Part shown: positions 1-9,400 of the stretch, piece by piece
Position numbering within the stretch: position 1 is the first letter of the stretch
How the letters are laid out: each line of letters opens with the position of its first letter
Source: Dehalococcoidia bacterium
GTDB taxonomy: Bacteria > Chloroflexota > Dehalococcoidia > Bin125
Length of the DNA stretch: 64,000 nt
Reading direction: 5' to 3'
NCBI GenBank assembly: GCA_965262235.1
Contig: OZ253504.1
Span: 2,731,681 to 2,795,680, forward strand
Notes under the pieces: model-generated
What the model saw: the letters and a program-made list of their open reading frames with translations, nothing else
What the model was told of the DNA's origin: nothing
Databases searched by the model: none
Position numbers and translations under genes: made by a program

Positions 1-18
1 TCGAACTACTGGCAGCGG

Positions 19-1878
19 ATGCGTCGGGAGCGCATGTCACGCCGCGGTCTGCTCTCAGCCGCCGGCCGCGCCGGAGTCGGCGCAGCCGGTCTGGCGCTGG
101 TGGGCTGCGGCGAAGGTGACGACGATGCCGCCGTCGCGCAGGTCGCCGAACAGGCCCAGGCCCAGGCCGAACAACAGGCACAGGCCGAACAACAGGCCCA
201 GCAACAGGCCGAACAACAGGCCCAGCAACAGGCCGAACAACAGGCCCAGGAGCAGGCCGAACAAGCCGAGCCGGCCGAGGAACAGGCTGAGGAGGAGCAA
301 GCGGCGACCGAGCCCGTGGCGGGCGGCCCCGTGGCGGGCGGCATGTACAGCTACCCCAGCGGCGACGGCGGCATCTTCGACCCGGCCGTCGTCATTCACG
401 GCGGCACCTCCGGCACAATCTGGAATGCCTACGATCGTCTGAACGAACAAGACGGCAACTATCGGATCACCGAGGCGATGGCCGATCTGGCGGAGGTCGT
501 GGACGAGCAGACCTTCGTCTACAGCATTAAGCCGAACGTGTTCTGGCACGATGTCGAGCCGCTCAACGGTCGCCAATTCACGGCCGACGACGCCTCGTTC
601 GGGCTGCAGCGCTTCGCCCAAGACAACCCCGAGTTCATCCACACCACCGCCTTCGAGCTGATCGACTCGTTCGAGGTCGTCGACGAATTCACACTGCGAC
701 TGGGCGCCAGCGCGCCGTTCGCCCCGCTGCTCACCAGGGTCGCGTCGACGTGGGCGCTGATGGTATCGCGCGACGCGGTCGATGCGTTCGGCGACACCGC
801 GATCGCCTCCGAGTTCGATAAGCAGATCGGGACGGGTCCGTTCATCGCGGACGACCGCACCGCTGATGCCGAAACGTCGTTCAGGCGCAACCCGAACTGG
901 TATCGGCCCGAGCAGCCCTACCTCGACGGCACCCGCAACGTCTGGTTCGCAGACTCGGCGATCCAGCTGTCGGCCTTCGTTTCGGGGCAGATTGACCAGG
1001 CGAGCTCCATGGTCGGGGGCAACCCCGCCGACCTCGCCACGGTCCAAGAAGAACTGGGACAGGACGAGGTCTGGGGCGTCCTCCGCTCGCGCACGACGCA
1101 AGGCAGTGGCGCCCACTTCAATGTCAACGAGGAGCCATACAACGATCCTCGCGTGCGGCTAGCGCTGCACCTTGCCGCGAACCGCGAGCAGCTCATCGCC
1201 GTCAGCCTCTCCACCAGGATCCCGCAAACGCTCGGCGGGCCTGTAGCCGAGGTCCTCCAGCCCTACGGCTTCACGAAAGACGAACTCGCCCAGATCCCCG
1301 GTTACCGCTCGGGCGCCGAACGCGACGAGGATGTCGCCGAGGCGCAAACCCTGCTCGACTCGACCGGCATCGACTTGGGGAATCTGCCGCCGGCGATTGT
1401 GTGGTCGGGCGGGGGTGGGATTGCCTCGAACATGACCCAGGTGATGCAGTCCAACTGGAACGAAATCGGCTTCAACATCGAGGTGCAAGAGGTCGGGACG
1501 GCCGACTTCCTCTCCATCCGCTCGAGCCGCGAGGGCTTCGCCTTCATCGTCGGCGGCCACTCCGGTGGCTCCGACCCGGATTACATGCATGAGGAGCACC
1601 ACACCAACGGCGGTCAGAACTACGGCCATTACTCCGACCCCACGGCCGACGACCTCCTGATCAAGGGCCGAACGACCTTCGACATCGCCGAACGCAAGGA
1701 CATCTATGACGAAGCCCAGCGCTACCTGATGACAGAGAACCCGCCGCGCATCTTTGCCGGCCACTCGTTCGGCATGGTGATCGCACGGAGCTACGTCAAG
1801 GGCTTCACCGGCGTGGCGCACCACGGCTTCACTGGCACCCACCTGGCGAACATGTGGTTCGACGGCAAACCGACCTAG
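19..1878 (+). CDS. ABC transporter substrate-binding protein, family 5 (peptide/nickel type), Tat-exported lipoprotein
   Basis: SRRGLL twin-arginine motif, lipobox LVGC, SBP_bac_5-like motifs (IGTGPF, RRNPNWY, PYNDPRVRLAL, ERKDIYDEAQRYL). Confidence 0.9.
   Translation: MRRERMSRRGLLSAAGRAGVGAAGLALVGCGEGDDDAAVAQVAEQAQAQAEQQAQAEQQAQQQAEQQAQQQAEQQAQEQAEQAEPAEEQAEEEQAATEPVAGGPVAGGMYSYPSGDGGIFDPAVVIHGGTSGTIWNAYDRLNEQDGNYRITEAMADLAEVVDEQTFVYSIKPNVFWHDVEPLNGRQFTADDASFGLQRFAQDNPEFIHTTAFELIDSFEVVDEFTLRLGASAPFAPLLTRVASTWALMVSRDAVDAFGDTAIASEFDKQIGTGPFIADDRTADAETSFRRNPNWYRPEQPYLDGTRNVWFADSAIQLSAFVSGQIDQASSMVGGNPADLATVQEELGQDEVWGVLRSRTTQGSGAHFNVNEEPYNDPRVRLALHLAANREQLIAVSLSTRIPQTLGGPVAEVLQPYGFTKDELAQIPGYRSGAERDEDVAEAQTLLDSTGIDLGNLPPAIVWSGGGGIASNMTQVMQSNWNEIGFNIEVQEVGTADFLSIRSSREGFAFIVGGHSGGSDPDYMHEEHHTNGGQNYGHYSDPTADDLLIKGRTTFDIAERKDIYDEAQRYLMTENPPRIFAGHSFGMVIARSYVKGFTGVAHHGFTGTHLANMWFDGKPT
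139..300 (+). repeat. Gln/Ala/Glu low-complexity tandem repeat (CAGGCCGAACAA-like units) encoding a QAEQ linker
   Basis: Repeated caggccgaacaacaggcccag units directly visible after the lipobox. Confidence 0.9.
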
Positions 1879-1960
1879 GCCGTCGGTTCACGAGGGAGCA
1901 GGCTGGGGCGAGAGCGCCCCGGCCTGATCGTGCCGGCACGCTCCGCGGTGGTTCCGCAAC

Positions 1961-2602
1961 TCAATCCCGCTGCATCCGATCGACGATTCGCCGATCACGC
2001 GTGGCCGTGGCATCGTGGCAACGCTTGTACTTCTTGCCCGAGCCGCAGGGGCAATCGTCGTTGCGCCCGACGCCCGGGACTGTCACGTCCACGACGCCAC
2101 CGCCGCCGCGCTTGCCGTCGAACCCCCACCAGCCCTGGCGGGGGCGGCCCGAGGCGAGGTTGTCGGTGAGCGCTGCGGCGAGGAAGGTGTCGCAGCGGGC
2201 GGACCAGATCTGGCCCAGCTCGCCGGCCTGGATGCGGCGGCGGAGGGCCATGTAGCTGGGGACGTGGCGGAGCTGCTGGGCGACCATGAAGGTGACGCCG
2301 GCCTGCTCGGTGGCCTCGATGATTTGGCGGCATTCGTCGATCGAGACGGCCATCGGCTTTTCGAGCAGGACGTGCTTGCCGGCGCGGGCGGCGGCGATCG
2401 CAAGCGGGGCGTGGGTGTCGTGGATGGTGCCGATATCGACGGCGTCGATCTGGGCGTCGGCGGCGAACTGGCGGGCGGCGTCGGCGCGGATGTCACAGAC
2501 TGCGGTGAGGCGGACGCGATCAGGCGCGAGTTGGTAGACGGGCAGGTGGGCGCGGGAGATTGAGCCGGTGCCGATCAGGCCGACCTTGAATGGTTCTGTC
2601 AT
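1961..2602 (-). pseudogene. Truncated Gfo/Idh/MocA oxidoreductase fused in frame to a SEC-C zinc motif
   Basis: MTEPFKVGLIGTGSIS Rossmann start, KHVLLEKPMA motif; the C-terminal half is replaced by GRNDDCPCGSGKKYKRCH; an internal segment before IDAVDI appears deleted. Confidence 0.7.
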
Positions 2603-2676
2603 GGGCGCCACCGATCGCTGCGCAGGCGAGGATAGTGGCGCGAGGGCGGCGGGGGTGGGCGACTTAGACTGGATTC

Positions 2677-2753
2677 GGGCCCTTAGCTCAGTTTGGCAGA
2701 GCAGCGGATTTTTCATCCGAAGGTCCCTGGTTCGAGTCCAGGATGCCCCGCCA
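2677..2753 (+). tRNA. tRNA-Lys(UUU)-like, probably degenerate or hybrid
   Basis: GGGCCCTTAGCTCAG..GAGC D arm, GGTTCGAGTCC T arm, CCA end; anticodon loop TT-TTT-CA; acceptor stem has two mismatches (GGGCCCT vs ATGCCCC). Confidence 0.7.
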
Positions 2754-3200
2754 ACACGTACCGAACTCAGAACTCTGTCACCGAAGCCCACCTCAGCCGA
2801 GTCTGAGCGCCTGATCGGGCTGTCCTGCGGCATTGGAATCGTGTAGGGGATCACGGCCCGGCCGAACCGAACCGTGATCCACTTGACGAACGTCCGAATG
2901 AACGCCTTGGTCTCGGTGATGTCGCTGGTGAGCAGGAACGCGCTCATGTCTTCGGCGAATGCGGCGATCACATCGGCGCTGTCCAAGAGCTGACGCCGTG
3001 CCGCGAAGGCCATTCGCGCCTGGGCGGCGGCGAGCTGCGGCTGTTCCTTGCGCTGCTTGTGCTCTCTGATCCGCTCGCCGAGGTCTGAGACCTCCAGGCC
3101 GGTGGTTCCAATCGCCCGCCGGATCTGACCCCGCATGCGCTTGCCTTCGGCCGGTTGATGCTCGATCGTCTCCAGCCGCTCACGCTGCTCGTGCGCGGGA
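2754..3200 (-). mobile_element. C-terminal remnant of a large serine recombinase/integrase abutting the tRNA 3' end
   Basis: Coiled-coil HEQRERLETIE...ETKAFIRTFVKWITVRFGRAVIPYTIPMPQDSP resembles C-termini of Chloroflexota recombinase-family proteins (recalled); no catalytic N-terminus; frame runs into the tRNA. Confidence 0.65.
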
Positions 3201-3506
3201 CCATCCGCAACACTGACCGGCGGCCCGCCGTCCTTGGCGTTCTGGCCCCAGACCAGCGTGGCGGAGTAGGCCTCGTACGGGCAGACGTATGTCCGTGAGA
3301 TGGTAACGGGCGATTCATGAGGTCGTGCATATCGGCTCAAGTGAAATCAGCATGGATTCCTAGATGACCCCAAGGAACAGATTGCGATTCATTACGCCTT
3401 GCGAACGCCATCTGTACCCAACGTGGGAACAGCCCCTGGGACACCGTTCGGATTTCCCCGGGGTTCTGCGTCGAAGCGCCGATGACCGTGGCGACTGGCA
3501 CACGGG

Positions 3507-4643
3507 CTACGTGCGGCTCAGACGCTTCGACCGAACACGGCGGCCAACGCCCAAGCCGATCACAACGCTGACAGTGAGTGCCGGCAAGATCGCGAACAGA
3601 TACGTGCGCCAAGACCCGCTCTGACCGGAGGCGTTGGCCAAGCCGCAGCTACCGGCGTTCGGCAAGCTGATGCTCTCGGCCGCGGTTGATTCGTCGGTGA
3701 CCGGAGCCTCTGTGATGTCGACCTCGAGGGAAACATATGTTTGCCCCCAGCAAAGCACAACGCCGTCATCGCGCACCGCGCAACTATCTCGGTCGCCGGA
3801 GCTGATCTGAGTGAAGCGGCCGGATGGAGGCGGGGTCCGCCGGTACGGGTCATTCCCCCAACAAACCACGGCCCCGTCCTCTCGCAGCGCGCAACTGTGG
3901 TACTCGCCGGCGCTGATCTGGACGAACTGGTCCGGCGGCGCGTCCGTCTTGGCAAAGGCATTGTTCCCCCAACAGCCCACGCTTCCATCCGTCCGCAGCG
4001 CGCGAACGTACTCCGCCCCAGCGCTGAACTGGCTCAGCTGGCCCGACTCTGCATCGATCCGAGGATCGTGCCAACGTCCCCAGCAGGCGATATCGCCATC
4101 CTCGCGCAGCGCGCAAACTCATGATCGAGCCGGTGCCGAGCTGGCTGAAACGGCCCGACGGTACCAGCGTTTGGCCGAAATGGTTTCCGCCCCAGTAGGT
4201 GATCTCGCCGTCCAGGCCCAGCGCACAACTGTGGGATCCACCGGCGCTGACCTGACTGAAGCTCCCGGGCGGCGCATCGGCCTGGCCGTAACCCGCAAAC
4301 ATCCGATCGCCAGACCCGTCTTGATCGTCGTACTCTTCGCGCTCAGGCTGACGCGCCCCCAGCAGACCACCTTAGCGTCCGTTCCTAGCGCGCAACTGTG
4401 GTACTGACTCGAGCTGATCTGGGTGAATAGGCCTGGCCGCGTTTCCGTTGCGCCCCACGTGGCCTCACCCCAACAGAGCACGCTGCCGTCGACCCGCAGC
4501 GCGCAAGTATGACCGTTACCGGCGCTGACCTGGCTGAAGCGGCCCGGCGCTGGCTCTGCCGTCGCGGCGTCCGCGGACAGCAAGAACAGTCCAACCACGA
4601 GCGCCGCCAGCGCCGCCAGCGCCTGATGCCGACGAAAACCCAT
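3507..4643 (-). pseudogene. RCC1/BLIP-II-like repeat surface protein, two or more frameshifts
   Basis: Signal peptide, then repeated F.QVSAG..HSCALR.DG.V.CWG units spread over three ORFs (4119-4730, 3850-4302, 3507-3980); C-terminal TM helix with basic tail. Confidence 0.8.
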
Positions 4644-5075
4644 GTTCGGACCAATCATGTCGCCCGACGCCCGGATCGGCGCTAGCCCGCGTCCGAGCCG
4701 GACGTGAGGCTGCGCTCCGCTGCTCGGCAAGTCACGGGCAGCCCACTAGGGCGAAGACCGGGCACAGGCGGGCGAAGCGGCCAGGCGAGAGGGTGGGTCT
4801 CCGATTCTCGACGAACCGTGCGAGTCATCTGAGGTTCCCCGGTCCACTGGTTTAGTGCGAATTGGTCCGCGGGCATCGTTGGCTTAGTCGTTGTCCGGTT
4901 CGGCGGCGCGACGGACGATGGATTGCAAACTCTCGTAGCTGTCGGCGCATGTGATCGACGAGAGCGACTTCATCCCTCAGCAAGACGGCCCGCCTGGCGC
5001 GGGCGGTTCCCCGGGAGCATGAGGAGCCGCTTCGCCGGTCACGTATCGTGACACCGTCGATCTGAGGGACCAAGC

Positions 5076-5531
5076 ATGCCATCTGATCCTGATCCTGAGA
5101 CCGAGGCAGCGGCAGCGGCGGAACCAACAGTCAGTGACGACTCGCCGGCCGCCGATCGATCGGGGGTGCAGGAAGCCTCAGCGACGGTCGTGGCGACCCG
5201 TCTCCAGTTGAAGAACTGGTTGAAGTTGTGGCGGTTCTTCAGGGTCAACGGCAGAGTCCAACGCCAACTGAAGGCCGATCCTGGTCTGATCAGTTACTCC
5301 GTCAAAGCCGACTTTCTGCGGTTGCGCTTTTCCACGTTGTCCGTCTGGGCCGTTGACCCGACCATCGATGCGTTCGTGCGAACCGGCGACCATCGCCACG
5401 CGATCGCAGTGTTCGACGACATCGCAGTCCGTGATCAGTCAGTCTTTACGAGATGGCAGACGCCGGCGCCGCAGGATGTCACTTGGGAAGAAGCCGCTCA
5501 GCGTCTGGCTGCCGTACGTCCTTCTGCATGA
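5076..5531 (+). CDS. DUF3291/ABM-like dimeric alpha-beta barrel protein
   Basis: VATRLQL...PGLISYSVKAD...FSTLSVW...FVRTGDHRHA pattern. Confidence 0.55.
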   Translation: MPSDPDPETEAAAAAEPTVSDDSPAADRSGVQEASATVVATRLQLKNWLKLWRFFRVNGRVQRQLKADPGLISYSVKADFLRLRFSTLSVWAVDPTIDAFVRTGDHRHAIAVFDDIAVRDQSVFTRWQTPAPQDVTWEEAAQRLAAVRPSA

Positions 5532-5656
5532 TCCGGGATTGCACTTCTGGTCGGATCGGCTTGGTCACGCGCGTCGTCGTAGGGGGCAACTCCAATGCCA
5601 CGGCTATCATCAGCGGCTAACGGCTCGCAGACCGGTTCGAATTGGAGAGTCATCGC

Positions 5657-6361
5657 ATGCCCGACGGATTCCTGGCTCGCGTGAACTACCTGACCTTCGA
5701 CATCTTCGGCACCGTCATGGACCTGACCGGCAGCCTGGCCGGTCCCGCCGGAGAATTCATGGCGGCCCACGGCTCCGAGATGACGGGCCCCGCGTTTTAC
5801 GCCGAGTGGCGGGCCCGCCAGCGGATTGAACAGTACCAGGACAACCTGTTGATGCTGGGGCACAGTGGCTACCTCGAAACTTGCCGCCGCGCCTTCGTGT
5901 ACTGCCTGAAGAAGCACAACGTAAGCTATACCTCCGTAGCGGTCCAGGAGTTTATGCAGGTGTACCAGGGCCTGCAGCCTTACGCCGACGCCATTGAAGG
6001 GCTGCGGTCGTTGGCGGCGCGTTACAAGCTGGTCGCGCTATCCAACGGGGAGCAGTGGTACTTGGAGGAGTTGTTGGGCAACAACGTCCCGATCACGTTC
6101 GATGCCATCATTTCCGTGGACCAGGTTGGCGCATTCAAGCCGTCCCCCGGGATCTACCGCAAAGCGATCCAGCGCCTGGGCTGCGAGCCCGGCGAGATCA
6201 TGATGGTCGCGGCGCACGCGTTCGATATCCTGGGCGCCCAGACCTGCGGTTTCAAAGGCGCATACGTTAACCGGTACAACCTGCCGACGGAGGACTCGGA
6301 GTACCAGCCCGACATCATCGTCGACGACTTCGTCGAGCTGGCCGCCAAGCTCATGGCGTGA
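5657..6361 (+). CDS. Haloacid dehalogenase type II (HAD superfamily)
   Basis: TFDIFGTVMD motif I, LSNG, FKPSPGIY, MMVAAHAFDILGA. Confidence 0.9.
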   Translation: MPDGFLARVNYLTFDIFGTVMDLTGSLAGPAGEFMAAHGSEMTGPAFYAEWRARQRIEQYQDNLLMLGHSGYLETCRRAFVYCLKKHNVSYTSVAVQEFMQVYQGLQPYADAIEGLRSLAARYKLVALSNGEQWYLEELLGNNVPITFDAIISVDQVGAFKPSPGIYRKAIQRLGCEPGEIMMVAAHAFDILGAQTCGFKGAYVNRYNLPTEDSEYQPDIIVDDFVELAAKLMA

Positions 6362-6437
6362 GCGAGCGGTCATCCGCTCGACCCAACTGCCGTCTGCCGA
6401 CCGCCGCGGCCGGTGGCAGAAGATATCCAGCCCGCAA

Positions 6438-9400
6438 TCAGTTGGAGTCAGGCGTTTCAGGTGTGGTCACGACGACCATCTGGCGACTGGCGATCAGCGC
6501 TTCGTCCGGCGCGAGACCTTCAGGGAAGCGAGTGCCGAAGGGCCGGCTGATGAAGTCGGGCAGGTCCGCGGAAAGGAAGAGCGCCGTCCATACCCCGTCC
6601 AGCCGATGGTAGAACGCATCGATATCAAGGCTTCGGGCACAAGCTTCAAGGTCGCTCACAGTGCCGCCGGCGAACGTGACCTCGCTGAGCCCCTCATCTT
6701 TGAGTCCTTCCAGGCAGGGCGGTTTGCTCACTTGGATCACGTAGCTCTTGGTCCGGCTGCCATCCGCGGACCTGACCACGACGGTGATCGTCGTCTCTGA
6801 TTCCAGCGTCACCTGATGGCCGTTCTCGGGATCGCCGCCCGCGTCGGCCGGTTCGATCGTCACCGTGGCGGCCTCCTGGGTCGCCACAGCCGCGACGATC
6901 GTTGCCGCCAGATCGTAGGCACCGGAGGCCGCGTATTCGAAACGGTTCGACGAGAACTCTTCCAGCTCGAGTTCGTTCAAGCTGAGCGACGCGAGCTGCG
7001 CAATGATCGCGTCGGGCAGGTTGTAGGTGTAGACCTTGTCGTCCTGCTCATCCACCACGTACATGACATCGCCGTCCGACCAGATGCCGCGCGGACTGCC
7101 GTTCCCGGCCTTCAATAGGGAGCGGAACGTGAACTCCAGGTCTTCGTTGCGCGTCAGCGCTTCGCCGTCGACTTCGTATGCAAACAGCCGCTTGGCCCCG
7201 TCGTCGGAGACCCAGAGGGTGTCGCCGTCGGACCAGATGCCGCGCGGGCTGCGGTTGAGCTTGTCCAGCGCGTGCTCGATCAAGAGTTCGCCCGTTGCGA
7301 AGTTGTAGGTGAACAACGAGTCCTGGACGCTGTCGAGCACGTAGATCGTCTCGCCCTCGGACCAGATGCCCCGCGGGTCTCGATTGCGCTCGGCCAGTTC
7401 GACCTCTCGCGCTTCGTCCCGCTCCCCGCTCTCGAGGACGTAGGCGAAAAGCTGATCCTGGCGCTGTCCGCGACCCAGACGGTCTCGCCGTCCGACCAGA
7501 TGCCGTGGGAGAAGCGGTTGCGCCGGTCGAGTTCGAACTCGCGGTCCGGCTGACGCTCCCCGCTCAGCAGGTCGTAGGCGAACACCGAGTCGGCGCCGGA
7601 GGCGGCGTTTTCGAGGACCCACAAGATCTGACCGTCCGACCAGAGACCGGTCGGGATGTCGTTGTCGCGGTCGAGCGACTCGATGTCTCGGGTCACATTC
7701 CAATCGAAGTCGGCGTCTGACGGGATCGGGACCGGCGGTGGACCCCCCCCGCCGCCGCCGCCGCCGCCACCGCCGGATGGCGCCGATGAACTCGGCTTCA
7801 CCGCGTCTTCGACATTCTTGATTTGGACGGACAGGCGATCCGACCACTCCGATGTTTCGTCGAAATCCACCGCACGTAAGCGGAAGTAGTAGACCTTGCT
7901 GTCTGGCAGACCGCTGACGACGGCCCCGGTCCCGTCAAACGCCACTGTGATGCCGTCTCCGGGCAGGTCAATCCACTGGGTACTCTGGAAGTACTGGACC
8001 TCATAGGAGTCCGCGCCGGGGACATAGTCCCACTCCAGATCCACGACGCCTGGCGAGAGTACTTTCCCTCTGGGCCGAAGGTTCGGAACTTCCACGGTGT
8101 GTTCGAGTCGGTTCGAGAGCCGCCGTCCGTCACTGGTGCAGATGGCGCCAACCACCAGACATTTCCGATTATCGGCCAGAACCAGGGTTACGTCCCGAAG
8201 CCGGAAATTCGGGATGACATCAACCACCCACAGGTCCCTGCGGCGGTCCACCCGGCGGACACTCGGCACGCTGCCGCCCGTCACCGTCACCGCGTAGTCT
8301 CTGAAATCCTCGAAGCCGATAGTCAAGCGCTCGCTGAATTGGATCGTGGCACTGAATGGGATGCCGATATGAGTCTCCGGTACCTCTACAAATGCCCCCG
8401 TCAGAGCCTCCGCGCCGGGGTCCTCGATCTCGGTTGGGGAACCGCTGAAAATCCAGGGTCGGGCCTGCTTGATCGCCAGGATATTGTCGCTGGTGATCTT
8501 GAACTCGATCTCGATGGCGAATTGTTCGCCGTCCTCGATGCCGTACAGCTTCGCGAACCGCTCATGGATCGCGGCGAGGTTGCGGCGAAGCTGCCGCAGT
8601 TGATCGTCGGTCATGAGCAACTGGCCCGCTGGGACCTGATTGGAGAGCGCAACAACGGTGTACGTACCGTCCGGGTACAACAGGACTTCCTCCGGCACCG
8701 AGCGGGCGTCGGGGTTGGTGACCAGGTCCTCGCCGATCTGCGAGTTGACGTAGTAGGTCCCTTCCGTGCCGTAGGCGGGATCGATGCTGACTGCCACACC
8801 GTTGACTCGCTCGTCGGAGTAGTTGGGATGCACGAGCACGCCCATCGCCGCCGCCAGGTGGTCGACGCGGTAGAAGTCGCGTTCGATGAAGGCACGGAAG
8901 TTCCAGAGGCTGGCGTAGACCTGCTTGAGCGACTTGGAGATGCCGTCCTCCACGGTCTCCTCGGGATGCTGCGTATTGGAGTCGTACAGTCCGGCGCCGT
9001 TGAAGTTGGGCAGGTCCTCGTTGTTGGTGCTGGACCGGTAGCGCAGCGAGGTGCCCTCCGGGAACGTCGCGTGCATCGCGGTCAGCGCGGTATCAATCCA
9101 GTCCGGCGTCTCCGCCTTCTTGATCTTCTTGCGCAACTTCTTCAGTTCGTCCACCTGCGTGTCGTAGTCAGCCTGGAAATCGGAGTCGGCCAGCATCTCC
9201 TCGATCTCGTCGTAGAGGCCGTTGTGCTTCATGAACTCGTCGTAGAAGTAAAACGGGGCCGCAAACCCGTCGGGCACGGTCCCCGGCGGAAATCCCAGTG
9301 TCCCGATCACGGCCACGTTGGCCGCCTTGACGCCGAAGGAGTCCCAGCCGTCGAAGCCGATCTCGCTGAGAGCGGTGATCGAGGTAGCCGAGAGGTCTCG

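Noticed and set aside
1961-3340. 459-aa ORF as one real protein
   Set aside because: It is a read-through of a recombinase remnant, the antisense tRNA and a separate oxidoreductase with its own ATG at 2602
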